NCBI RefSeq assembly: GCF_020885515.1
Contig: NZ_AP024987.1
Location: 1,080,001-1,112,000, forward strand
Source: a cyanobacterium endosymbiont of Braarudosphaera bigelowii
Lineage (GTDB): Bacteria > Cyanobacteriota > Cyanobacteriia > Cyanobacteriales > Microcystaceae
Direction: 5' to 3'
DNA length: 32,000 bases
Below, piece after piece: positions 10,030 to 19,548 of this stretch. Both the position numbers and the translations under genes were made by a program. The notes under the pieces are model-generated. The model had not been told where the DNA came from. It saw nothing but the letters and a program-made list of their open reading frames with translations, and did no database searches. Position 1 is the stretch's first letter. Each line of letters opens with the position of its first letter.

Positions 10030-10386
10030 ATGAATCTAAAATGGAAAACATTTGTTTCAAAGACAGTATTTTGGATGATAGGAGAAGTGTTCTTAAATTT
10101 ATTAGGTTTAGATAATGTAGCCGACTATAGCACTTTCCTTTTTGAAAACGAATTAGAGTTATCTAAAAAAAATCATAAGACAGTTAAACTATCCTGTCTT
10201 AATCCTAAATTTTGTCATAAGATTAATGGAGAATGTCCTATCGATGAAGTCGCCCTTCAATTTTCGAAATATCCATTAGACGATTGTATAGTTAACCATG
10301 ATCTTTTTTCTAAGAAATGTATAAAAATTAAGCACAACTGCATAAAAGCTGCTTTATTTTCTGAGTTATCATATGATTATAAATAG
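10030..10386 (+). CDS. Conserved-looking Cys/His-rich hypothetical protein within nif cluster
   Basis: 118 aa from ATG 10030 (ORF track uses GTG 10027). Six cysteines in the C-terminal half (SCLNPKFCHKINGECPIDEVALQFSKYPLDDCIVNHDLFSKKCIKIKHNC). Confidence 0.75.
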   Translation: MNLKWKTFVSKTVFWMIGEVFLNLLGLDNVADYSTFLFENELELSKKNHKTVKLSCLNPKFCHKINGECPIDEVALQFSKYPLDDCIVNHDLFSKKCIKIKHNCIKAALFSELSYDYK

Positions 10387-10593
10387 AAAAATAACTTCTT
10401 TTGTATAAAGATCAACAGTTAATATAAAAGGGAAGTTGTTGATGGCAAAATATCTCACCACTATAATACTGGATTTTAAAATAAGTATTCTATTCCTATG
10501 AGAAAAAATATTTAAAAAATTGTTAAATATTTTGGATTTTTTTTATATTTTATCTTGTTTATCTATAAAAAAATCCTGGTAATTCAAGTTTAT

Positions 10594-10635
10594 GTATCTC
10601 TAGTTACTGTTCGTAAAAGCATTAAAAACTACACT
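10594..10635 (+). promoter_or_regulatory. Candidate class II NtcA-activated promoter for modBC
   Basis: GTA TCTCTAGT TAC at 10594-10607 (perfect GTAN8TAC), 22 nt spacer, then TACACT (TANNNT -10 box) at 10630-10635. The modBC ATG is at 10806. Confidence 0.6.
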
Positions 10636-10805
10636 AGTAATTACTGAAAAATATAAAGTATTAATCTTATCAAGAACATCGATGATTAATTACAGTTTTC
10701 AGTTAATTTAATATTTTTTTTGCCAACTGTTTAATATTTTTATAACAAAATTAAATATCAAAAAATATTAAATAGTTTTTTCCTCTTACCATCAAAAGGA
10801 ATGTC

Positions 10806-12764
10806 ATGGCTTTAGATTTTTCCCCTATTTGGATTTCATTAAAAACTGCAACTCTTGCCACATTTTTTGCTTTTTTTGCTGGAACAATATTAGCTTATTG
10901 GATGTTTAAATATAATGGAAAATGGAAAAGTATAATTGATGGACTTCTAACGATTCCTTTAGTTCTTCCTCCTACAGTAATTGGATTCTTGCTATTATTA
11001 TTATTAGGAAAATATGGGCCTATTGGTAGACTATTATGGTTATTTAATGTTAATATAGTATTTACATGGTACGCAGCTGTCATAGCGGCTATTGTTGTTG
11101 CTTTCCCTCTAATGTATAAAACTTCCTTAGGGGCATTTCAACAGATAGACTTCAACCTAATATCTAGTGCCAAAACCTTAGGAGCTTCAGAGATAGAGCT
11201 TTTCTTGCGCATTATATTACCTCTAGCAAGACCAGGCTTAATATCAGGTTTACTACTCTCGTATGCACGAGCCCTTGGTGAATTTGGAGCAACTCTAATG
11301 TTGGCAGGCAGTATTCCTGGAAAGACTCAAACTATTCCGATAGCAATTTTTTTTGCTACAGAAAGCGGTAATATGAAAGAGGCTCAGCTATTAGTAATAA
11401 TAATGGTTCTTTTATCACTTAGTATTACCATTGGTGTTAATATCTGGAATGACAATTACTCTGTCAAACGTTTGGGGAAAAAGTTTTCAGGACTGAAGGC
11501 AAGTAAAGTTGATAAAACTTTAAAGAAAGAGCACAGTTCTTTGTCAGTTTCTAAAGTTTCAGAAAAGTTTCATCATTTGACATCAAATACTTCAAACCAG
11601 TTGGTTGTTGATATAAAGAAAAAGCTGCCTAACTTTGAGTTAAATGTCTCTTTTTCGACTAATCCAAGCCAAACGCCTTTGGGATTACTAGGGGCTTCTG
11701 GAGCTGGAAAAAGTTTAATTCTGAAATGTATAGCTGGATTAGATACTCCTGATTATGGTCATATTTCTTTAAATGGTAAAATTTTATTTGATTCTCGGAA
11801 AGGAATTAATATTCCTATCCGTAAACGTAAAGTTGGATTTCTATTTCAAAACTATGCTTTATTCCATCATTTAACAATCTCCGAGAATATAGCCTTCGGC
11901 TTACCAAAAAATCTTCCTCCTTCTATTATTCGCCAAAAAGTTGAACAACAACTGACAATAATACAATTAGAAGGATTTAGCCATCGTTATCCCAGCACAC
12001 TTTCTGGAGGACAAAAGCAAAGAGTTGCATTAGCTAGGGCATTAGTTAATCAGCCTGACATTCTACTCTTAGATGAACCTTTTTCTGCACTTGATACCTA
12101 TTTACGAGATCAACTAGAAAAGCTTCTAAAGTTAAATTTAAACAGCTATTCAGGGGTTACACTTTTTGTTAGTCACAATCTAGAAGAAGCCTATCGTATT
12201 TGCCCCAATCTTTTAATCTTAAATGAAGGTATGATACTTGCAAAAGGCACTAAACAAAAAGTCTTTGATGATCCGCGTTACCTTAAAGCAGCACAAATTA
12301 CAGGATGTAAAAATTTTTCTAGAGTTCTTCCATTATCGAAGGATAAAGTTATTGCCCTTGACTGGGGATGTACCTTAAAAGTTTACGAACCTATACTCCC
12401 TAATTTAACTCATGTTGGTATTCGTGCTCACCAATTATTATTTATTGACCTTGAGGTGAGTTCCTTAAAGCACAATTATCTCCAAAACCTTTTTACTTGC
12501 TGGTTAGCTAGCACAAGTGAAACTCAACATAGGATAACACTGTATATTAAGTTAAACTCTGTTCCAACCAGCTCTTTTGACTATCATCTACAAGTCGAAG
12601 TTTTCAAGGATAAATGGAATAGGTTAAAGAAATGCCCTATACCTTGGTCAATACAAATTAAGCCCTCACGCCTCATGTTACTACAGAATTCAAGCGACCC
12701 TATATCCCTTGAATATACAGCTGGTAATTTTTCAAAAGTTACTAGTACAAATAACTCTAATTAA
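10806..12764 (+). CDS. modBC: Fused molybdate ABC transporter permease/ATPase ModBC
   Basis: 652 aa. N-terminal ModB-like permease (EFGATLMLAGSIPGKTQTIPIAIF), C-terminal ABC ATPase (GASGAGKSLILKCIAG; LSGGQKQRVALARALVNQPDILLLDEPFSALD), then a MOP-like tail. Confidence 0.93.
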   Translation: MALDFSPIWISLKTATLATFFAFFAGTILAYWMFKYNGKWKSIIDGLLTIPLVLPPTVIGFLLLLLLGKYGPIGRLLWLFNVNIVFTWYAAVIAAIVVAFPLMYKTSLGAFQQIDFNLISSAKTLGASEIELFLRIILPLARPGLISGLLLSYARALGEFGATLMLAGSIPGKTQTIPIAIFFATESGNMKEAQLLVIIMVLLSLSITIGVNIWNDNYSVKRLGKKFSGLKASKVDKTLKKEHSSLSVSKVSEKFHHLTSNTSNQLVVDIKKKLPNFELNVSFSTNPSQTPLGLLGASGAGKSLILKCIAGLDTPDYGHISLNGKILFDSRKGINIPIRKRKVGFLFQNYALFHHLTISENIAFGLPKNLPPSIIRQKVEQQLTIIQLEGFSHRYPSTLSGGQKQRVALARALVNQPDILLLDEPFSALDTYLRDQLEKLLKLNLNSYSGVTLFVSHNLEEAYRICPNLLILNEGMILAKGTKQKVFDDPRYLKAAQITGCKNFSRVLPLSKDKVIALDWGCTLKVYEPILPNLTHVGIRAHQLLFIDLEVSSLKHNYLQNLFTCWLASTSETQHRITLYIKLNSVPTSSFDYHLQVEVFKDKWNRLKKCPIPWSIQIKPSRLMLLQNSSDPISLEYTAGNFSKVTSTNNSN

Positions 12765-12797
12765 TAACTTTCCTGATATACATAAAGGAGAACACTT

Positions 12798-13094
12798 ATG
12801 GCAAACTTAACTGGCTTAACTTTTGGACAAAAAGAATGGACTCCAAAGTTTGTTGAAGCTATCGATAAAGAAACCTGTCTTGGTTGTGGGCGTTGTTTCA
12901 AAGTCTGCGGTCACAATGTTCTAACTTTGTTAGGAGTTAATGAAGATGGTGAAATCATTGATGAAGATGATGATGATGATGATGTAGAACGTCAAGTTAT
13001 GGGTATTGTTAATAAAGATAATTGTGTTGGCTGTGAAGCATGCGCAAAAATTTGCCCTAAAAACTGCTATACTAACGAACCTTTAGCTATGTAA
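12798..13094 (+). CDS. fdxB: Nif-specific ferredoxin III (2[4Fe-4S])
   Basis: 98 aa with [13 protein letters not shown] and [15 protein letters not shown] separated by an acidic linker [12 protein letters not shown]. Confidence 0.92.
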   Translation: MANLTGLTFGQKEWTPKFVEAIDKETCLGCGRCFKVCGHNVLTLLGVNEDGEIIDEDDDDDDVERQVMGIVNKDNCVGCEACAKICPKNCYTNEPLAM

Positions 13095-13104
13095 TTTAAT
13101 TTAT

Positions 13105-13145
13105 AAAGAAGTGGCCGCAATTAATAATAATGTAGCCACTTCTTT
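13105..13145 (+). terminator. Candidate terminator downstream of fdxB
   Basis: Perfect 11 bp stem aaagaagtggc (13105-13115) / gccacttcttt (13135-13145) with 19 nt loop, starting 11 nt after the fdxB stop. Confidence 0.6.
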
Positions 13146-13253
13146 ATGAATATATGCTTACCAAATAATAAAGAAACTGTAATAATTACAATACTAATTC
13201 TAATAAGAAGTAACATTAAAGTTAACTTTTGTCTATCTTAAATAAGGAATAAA

Positions 13254-13505
13254 ATGACACAATCTCGTCAAGAACAATACTATACTTTAATTGATGAATT
13301 ACTACGTTGTCCTAATGGTCAAGAGCCTGATCTCTTAAGTTCTAATAATGAGTTAATAGACAGTAAATTTATCGAGTCATTAGTTCAAGTTTCTACTATG
13401 ATGGCTCATGAGAACAATCCTGATGGAGCTAAGTTTCTAATTCATATTGCAAGGCAGTTAGCAAAGGAATTAGGATTATATCCTGAAATTAAAAATGATA
13501 AATAG
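13254..13505 (+). CDS. Small conserved-looking cyanobacterial hypothetical protein
   Basis: 83 aa ORF preceded by an aggaat Shine-Dalgarno-like sequence. MTQSRQEQYYTLIDELLRCPNGQEPDLLSSNNELIDSKFIESLVQVSTMMAHENN... Confidence 0.65.
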   Translation: MTQSRQEQYYTLIDELLRCPNGQEPDLLSSNNELIDSKFIESLVQVSTMMAHENNPDGAKFLIHIARQLAKELGLYPEIKNDK

Positions 13506-13554
13506 TTACTCATTTTTAATTTTATAAATATTATTTAAGATAATATCAAGTTTG

Positions 13555-14190
13555 ATGGTATTAATGGTTCCTACAATTCAACTTTTACCCTTATTTCCCT
13601 TATCTAAGATTGTTTTGTTCCCTGGACATACTCTTCTTTTACATATTGTTGAATTTTGTTATCGAACTATGATTGGTGATATTTTGGAAGGGAGTCACTG
13701 TTTTGGTGTAGTTAATAAAAATCCCACCAATGGAAATATGGAGAGTATCGGTGTATGTGCCGAAGTAGTTCGTTTCCAAAATTTTTCTAATGACCATATG
13801 GAACTAATAATTTCAGGTCAGAAACGTTTTCGCATATTAAAGTATACAAAAGAAAAACCTTACAAAATAGGTTTAGTAGAATGGTTACAAGATAAAAGAA
13901 CCACCCAAAATCTTTACCCATTATCTAACGAAGTTAAGCAATTATTACAGGATGTAATTCATTTATCTGCGAAGTTAATGAATCAAGAAGTGGGCTTACC
14001 AAATAATTTGCCTATACTACCTTTAGAATTATCTTATTTGATAGGTGCTAGTCTTCGCGGTATGGCAACAGAGCAACAAATATTACTAGAAACTCAAGAA
14101 ACTCAAAATCGCTTACAAAGAGAATTAAAAATTTTAACAATTATACGTAATCATCTAGCTGCTAAAGTTAGCTTAAAAGATATTTTTTAA
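13555..14190 (+). CDS. LON peptidase substrate-binding domain-containing protein (stand-alone)
   Basis: LLPLFPLSKIVLFPGHTLLLHIVEFCYRTMIGD is the Lon N-terminal domain signature. No ATPase or protease domain. Likely ATG start 13555 or 13564 instead of the TTG at 13552. Confidence 0.85.
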   Translation: MVLMVPTIQLLPLFPLSKIVLFPGHTLLLHIVEFCYRTMIGDILEGSHCFGVVNKNPTNGNMESIGVCAEVVRFQNFSNDHMELIISGQKRFRILKYTKEKPYKIGLVEWLQDKRTTQNLYPLSNEVKQLLQDVIHLSAKLMNQEVGLPNNLPILPLELSYLIGASLRGMATEQQILLETQETQNRLQRELKILTIIRNHLAAKVSLKDIF

Positions 14191-14492
14191 TCGAAACACT
14201 TTAATTAGTTAAAATGAGTTTTTAGTATTAAATAGAACTAACTTACTAGAAATAATAATAATTTTTACATTTTTCAAATGCTGTATAAGTTGATTCTACG
14301 TTTGTTAAAAAATGGCCATAATTTGGCTTTTAAGGATTTTTATTTTTAGATCCTACCATTGAAAATGTTTTTGCTTAACTTTCTTATTTAATATAAATGA
14401 AATTAGGTAATTAAAATTATCTTTACATTAATTTAAGTAAGTTAAAGATAGACAAAAGAATTAATATTACTTACGTTTTATATGTTTGTAAT

Positions 14493-15833
14493 TTAATTTC
14501 CGGTAATAGACAAATTATCAACCCATATTCTAGGACAGATTCCTTTAGATGTAATTTCTGGCTCAGATTCTATATGAATAATAGAATTCAATAGTGTTAA
14601 GAAGTCACCTGCTATCGTTGCAGCATCGATACTAACAAAATTTCCATTATTAACTAACCATCCTTCAAAAGGTAAAGAGAAGGAACCTTGCAAACTATTT
14701 ACTCCAGCATGAAGAGCTTGTAATTTATCAACAAAAACTACATCTTTTACTGTATTCAAATCGTATTTAGAATTCGACTTTTCATTAGATAAAATATGAT
14801 AAAAATGAGGTCTAATAGTTACTTTAGAACCAATATTTGCATGGCCAGTAGGCTTTGAATTTAAACGTTGAGCAGTATTTTCACTATGTAGTAACCCTGT
14901 AAGAATTCCATTATTAATTATCTCTACACGACGAGTAGGTGTTCCTTCTTGGTCGAAAGTTTCCATACCAACATTATTAATATGTCTAGCGTCATCATAT
15001 AGAGAAAAAAGTGTAGCAGAGATCTGCTTTCCTAGAGAACCTGTAGTAGAAAGACTTTGTTTATCTAAAATATTTTGGGCATTAAATAAATTAGTAAAAG
15101 AATTGATTAAGCTTAAAAATGCTGTAGGAGAAAAAATTACAGTATATTTTCCTGACGGAACACTTTGATAATTAAGATGGCTAAGAGTTTTTTCTATCAA
15201 TTCTTGTAAACAACATTCAATATCCAAAGTTGCAAAATCCCGACTAATTTTAATAGAACTTGCTCCCCTAGGCTTTTTCCCCTCTGCTTCTGTACGACTA
15301 TAAAAATATATAGTAGTATATGAGAGATCTTCTTGACGTAAAGCAGAATTACTATTTAGATAAAATCTGGTAATGTTTTCTTGAGATAGGCCGTTATAAG
15401 GAATGCTTGTAATGATGGGGCTCGACTTTAATAAAGTTTTTTCTGCTGCGATTAAGGTATTTACTAGTACAGGAATTGGAGTAGAGGTAGAAATTTTAGT
15501 AGATATACTTTCAATTACAGCAGAAGCTTCTGGACTAAAATCTGGTACATGTTCTTGAACACCAAAATAGCTGGCATCTTTAGCAGTTTGCAAAGCCAAC
15601 TTTATGCCGATTTTATCTAAGTCTGTAGTAGTAGTAACTCCAATCCTTCCATTTTTATTCCAAACTCTAACAATAACACTCGATCTATTTGATACTTGTA
15701 GTTGTTTGGGATTACCACGATCAACTTCTATACTGGTTTCTTCTATGGCAGAACCGTAAATGTCGTACTTAGTGATGTTAAGTTCTTTCGAACTTTCTTG
15801 AGCATAATAAGCAACTTGTTCAATATGGAGCAT
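14493..15833 (-). CDS. TldD/PmbA (TldE) family metallopeptidase-like protein
   Basis: 446 aa with DRGNPKQLQVSNRSSVIVRVWNKNGRIGVTTTTDL and C-terminal VRIxNGILTGLLHSE-type pattern typical of PmbA/TldE. Confidence 0.85.
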   Translation of the reverse strand: MLHIEQVAYYAQESSKELNITKYDIYGSAIEETSIEVDRGNPKQLQVSNRSSVIVRVWNKNGRIGVTTTTDLDKIGIKLALQTAKDASYFGVQEHVPDFSPEASAVIESISTKISTSTPIPVLVNTLIAAEKTLLKSSPIITSIPYNGLSQENITRFYLNSNSALRQEDLSYTTIYFYSRTEAEGKKPRGASSIKISRDFATLDIECCLQELIEKTLSHLNYQSVPSGKYTVIFSPTAFLSLINSFTNLFNAQNILDKQSLSTTGSLGKQISATLFSLYDDARHINNVGMETFDQEGTPTRRVEIINNGILTGLLHSENTAQRLNSKPTGHANIGSKVTIRPHFYHILSNEKSNSKYDLNTVKDVVFVDKLQALHAGVNSLQGSFSLPFEGWLVNNGNFVSIDAATIAGDFLTLLNSIIHIESEPEITSKGICPRIWVDNLSITGN

Positions 15834-16350
15834 TACTATTTACTTTGTAAAGTATAAAATATTTTTTAGACAAGGTTTCTATATAAATATTCTATCTCAT
15901 TAAACTATGTTCTAAGAATTTTGATTTGTATTAAAGACACAAGCCTAAAATAGAAGATCAATTAATCAATACATATTTCGAAAGCTAATATAAAGTCTAA
16001 AGAATATATTGTCAAAATATAAGTGAAAAACCTATTATAAAAATAATTTATAATAGGTTTAAGGTGATAAACAATAAAAATAAATAAATTAATTTAATCA
16101 TCTAATATCCACTAATTATTGTATAAAATCTCTAAATGTTAAAAATTTAAAATTAATTTCTTAATTAGAATTTAGAGTATTATTATTTCTTTAAAATTAT
16201 ATTTAGTTATCTTAAAATTACGAAAAATGTTTAGTCTATAAATAAATTAAATACTTTCCGTAATTTTAATTCTATCAATACAAGAAAAATCAATAAAATT
16301 TAGATATGGATATTGTAAACTAGAAAGTAAGTTGATCTATTCTAGAAATT

Positions 16351-16641
16351 ATGAATTCGTTAAACATAACATATTGGGCTTTAAGTACATTTTTAACAAT
16401 AATGACTCTTCTGTTTATTTTTCGTATTGTGTTAACTTGGTACCCCCAAGCAGAAATCAATCGATTTCCTTGGTTTTTAATTGCTCTGCCAACAGAATTT
16501 TTATTAGTTCCAATTAGGAAAATAATATCTCCAATTGGAGGGGTAGATATTAGTCCTATTATTTGGGTTGGACTTTGCAGTTTGTTAAGAGAAGTGTTAG
16601 TTGGACAACAAGGACTAATATCTATGGCACTATACAAATGA
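16351..16641 (+). CDS. YggT family membrane protein (Ycf19-like)
   Basis: 96 aa with two hydrophobic segments and the RIVLTWYPQAEINRFPW...EFLLVPIRKIISPIGGVDISPIIWV signature. Confidence 0.88.
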   Translation: MNSLNITYWALSTFLTIMTLLFIFRIVLTWYPQAEINRFPWFLIALPTEFLLVPIRKIISPIGGVDISPIIWVGLCSLLREVLVGQQGLISMALYK

Positions 16642-16916
16642 TTAGTGACTAATTAACTATTAAGATTATTTAATTTTGATAGAAATTTTTATAGTATTAT
16701 CATCAACAGTTAACAGCAAAGAAAGACAGTACGTATATATTTTGCAACACTCTATATCAATTTTTTTAAAGTTTGAAATATTTATTGAATATTGATTATT
16801 CTTTTAAAAAGTTATATTGATATTTATAGGTATTCTAATAGATACCTCTCTATTAAAATAAGATTCAGTTATAGAAAATAATTAAAAAATTTTTAATTAT
16901 TTTGATAAGTAAAATA

Positions 16917-17477
16917 CTAGACTCTTCTAAAGAAAGATCTAATTGTATTACTATAGTTTCTCTTATTGATTAAAATATTCATAGGGTAATGTAATATAGG
17001 TGAGAGTAAACTACTTAAAATTGCTGATAACAAAATTGAGCTTTGATGGTAAATATTAATATATTCAAAAGAATACATTTCTCGTAAAATATATTCTAGA
17101 AAAAGAATACCTTGAGCTACCAAAGATAATATAAATACTAATACAATAATTGAGAGAAAACTATAAAGATTATTTCCAAAAAAGTAGTTTCTTCTAAATC
17201 TACTTGATAATGCTCCAACTATTACTAAACTTGGAATGTGAGACAAAGTTCCTAATGTTAGGCTGTCTTGAATTAATCCCATTACCAAACCACCAACAAT
17301 TCCCTGCAATATTTTCCTTTTAATACTCCATACTATTACCCAAATTAGAATCCAATTAACCTTAGCTCCAAAAACTTCCATTCCTGGAAGATAAACTACG
17401 GAAAATAATAAAGAAAGTACAGCAGAAACAATAATAATTAATTTGTCAAAAAAAACAATATTTTTTAAAAAGCTCAT
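16917..17477 (-). CDS. mreD: Rod shape-determining protein MreD
   Basis: 186 aa multi-TM protein directly downstream of mreC in an mreB-mreC-mreD order; WSIKRKILQGIVGGLVMGLIQDSLTLG. Confidence 0.82.
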   Translation of the reverse strand: MSFLKNIVFFDKLIIIVSAVLSLLFSVVYLPGMEVFGAKVNWILIWVIVWSIKRKILQGIVGGLVMGLIQDSLTLGTLSHIPSLVIVGALSSRFRRNYFFGNNLYSFLSIIVLVFILSLVAQGILFLEYILREMYSFEYINIYHQSSILLSAILSSLLSPILHYPMNILINKRNYSNTIRSFFRRV

Positions 17478-17538
17478 AATTCAAGAAACTTTAACAAATC
17501 TTTATAGACTATTTGATTTTAAAAGTGAGTAAAATAAA

Positions 17539-18291
17539 CTATTTACTAATGTAAGGGTGGATAACTACATTTTCTAATTTATTAAAAGCGACTGTTAATA
17601 GAACATCTCCTTCTGGTGCAGGTTGCTTATTAAGATCTAGCGAAATTATTTGACCAATGGGTAGACCACCAGGAAATAGAAGACCAACAGGGGAAGTAAT
17701 GACAGTATCTCCAACGTTTGCTTCCGGAAATTTATCAAAAAAACGTATCTTAACAAAACTAGAAGCATTTCCAATGATTATACCCATAGTTCCTGTTTGA
17801 CTTACTTTGAAACCTACGCGGCTACTAGGATCAGTAATTAGGAGAACACGACTAGTATGCGGAGTAACACTAACGATACGACCAACCAATCCCCCAATTC
17901 CTGTAACTACAAAGCCTATCTCTACTCCATCTCTGCTACCACGACCAAGAACAAGACTTTTCCACCAATGATAAGGAGTATGTGCAATAACTGGTGCAAC
18001 GATTACCTCTGTTTTTTGTATTTCAGAATAACCTAATAATTTTTTTAGTTGTTGATTTTCCTTTTTTAACTCTGCAGTAGTTTGAGTTAGTTCCATCAGG
18101 CGAGCATTGGTTAATCGTTTGTGTATTAGTCCAGAAGAGTCAAGTGTTCGTAGAGGATAGCTTATCCAATAATATAATTCAAGGATGGCTGACCCTTTAG
18201 TTTCAAAAAAGAATAATCCAATTCCTATAGAAATTATTATCCATAAAAATTGTGAACCGTATCGGCTATACCCATGAAATACCATTAGCAT
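17539..18291 (-). CDS. mreC: Rod shape-determining protein MreC
   Basis: 250 aa; one N-terminal TM; VVTGIGGLVGRIVSVTPHTSRVLLITDPSSRVGFKV is typical MreC. Confidence 0.92.
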   Translation of the reverse strand: MLMVFHGYSRYGSQFLWIIISIGIGLFFFETKGSAILELYYWISYPLRTLDSSGLIHKRLTNARLMELTQTTAELKKENQQLKKLLGYSEIQKTEVIVAPVIAHTPYHWWKSLVLGRGSRDGVEIGFVVTGIGGLVGRIVSVTPHTSRVLLITDPSSRVGFKVSQTGTMGIIIGNASSFVKIRFFDKFPEANVGDTVITSPVGLLFPGGLPIGQIISLDLNKQPAPEGDVLLTVAFNKLENVVIHPYISK

Positions 18292-18314
18292 TTTATATTT
18301 TTCACATTCTTCAT

Positions 18315-19358
18315 TTAAACAACTTTTGAAGTTTGGTATAAAATCTTATCTAACATTACAGAATTTTTTAAGATTTCTTCTGTTCCCTTAACTACACAAT
18401 GTAAAGGATCTTCAGCAATATGAGTTACGATTCCGGTTTCATGACTTATGAGAATATCAATACCTTTAAGCAAAGCTCCTCCTCCTGCTAATATAATTCC
18501 TCGATCCATAATATCTGAGGCTAACTCTGGAGGAGTATGTTCCAATGTAGATTTAATAGCTTCGACAATCGCGGCTAAAGGCTCAGACATACATTCTCTA
18601 ATTTCTCCTCCCCTTAACGTAATACTACGAGGCAATCCAGATAATAAATGTAATCCTCGAACTTCCATCGTAAGATCTTCTTCTTGTTCTATTGGATAAG
18701 CGGAAGCTAGTCGAATTTTTATTTCTTCAGCTGTCCGTTCTCCAATAATCATATTGTGAACCTTCTTTACATATTGAATGATAGACTCAGTTAGCTCATC
18801 TCCAGCAACTCTTATCGATTGACTAAACACCTGTCCTTGCAAACTTAGAATTGCTACTTCAGTTGTACCTCCACCAATATCTACGATCATATTGCCAGTA
18901 GCTTCTGTAATTGGTAAGCCTGCTCCTAAAGCGGCTGCTACTGGTTCTTCTACTAATCCTACTTTTCTCGCACCTGCTTCTCTTGCGGCATCAATAACTG
19001 CTCTTCTTTCTACGTCTGTAATACCACTAGGAACACCGATAATCATTCTTGGATTTCCTAATGGAATTCCCTCATTGGCTTGACGAATAAATTCTTGAAT
19101 CATAATCATGGCACTTAAAAAGTCTGTGATTACACCATCTCGCAAAGGGCGTACAACAATAACATTTGCGGGGGTACGACCAAGCATTTTTTTCGCTTCT
19201 TCTCCTACAGCCAATGAAACTTTTCGACTTTGATCAATGGCTATAATAGAAGGCTCATTAAGCACAATACCTTTTCCAGATACATAGATAAGAGTATTAG
19301 CTGTTCCTAAATCAATACCTATATCCCGTGAAAGAGAAAAACGACTAAAAATCCCCAC
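18315..19358 (-). CDS. mreB: Rod shape-determining protein MreB (actin-like)
   Basis: 347 aa; IGIDLGTANTLIYVSGKGIVLNEPSIIAID; DIGGGTTEVAILSL; IILAGGGALLKGID. Confidence 0.97.
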   Translation of the reverse strand: MGIFSRFSLSRDIGIDLGTANTLIYVSGKGIVLNEPSIIAIDQSRKVSLAVGEEAKKMLGRTPANVIVVRPLRDGVITDFLSAMIMIQEFIRQANEGIPLGNPRMIIGVPSGITDVERRAVIDAAREAGARKVGLVEEPVAAALGAGLPITEATGNMIVDIGGGTTEVAILSLQGQVFSQSIRVAGDELTESIIQYVKKVHNMIIGERTAEEIKIRLASAYPIEQEEDLTMEVRGLHLLSGLPRSITLRGGEIRECMSEPLAAIVEAIKSTLEHTPPELASDIMDRGIILAGGGALLKGIDILISHETGIVTHIAEDPLHCVVKGTEEILKNSVMLDKILYQTSKVV

Positions 19359-19548
19359 TTTTATTTATGCCTCTGATTGATAGTTAAAGACTAACATGAC
19401 TCTAGATAATGAATAAACTGATTAACCTTATTAAGGAAAGATATAAATTCCAAGCCATGTAATGCTTGACCAGTGAAGAAAAGAGTTGGTTCCCGTATCA
19501 TTGCTTGTTACAATAATTTGGATATAAAGGAAATTTAGAAAAAAATAT

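Noticed and set aside
10442-10501. 19-codon ORF MAKYLTTIILDFKISILFL between the Cys-rich ORF and modBC
   Set aside because: Too short and compositionally unremarkable to support as a gene without conservation data.
10895-11083. ORF 10895..11083(-) inside modBC
   Set aside because: Antisense shadow ORF of a confidently identified gene.
12961-12987. (GAT)n trinucleotide repeat in fdxB
   Set aside because: Encodes the acidic linker between the two 4Fe-4S motifs, which is an ordinary feature of this ferredoxin type; not treated as a separate repeat finding.
16320-16637. ORFs 16320..16637(-) and 16332..16517(+) overlapping yggT
   Set aside because: The YggT signature is clear in the 16351..16641(+) frame; the others are shadows.
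18448-19083. ORFs 18448..18699(+) and 18892..19083(+) inside mreB
   Set aside because: Opposite strand of a highly conserved mreB; composition typical of antisense translation.
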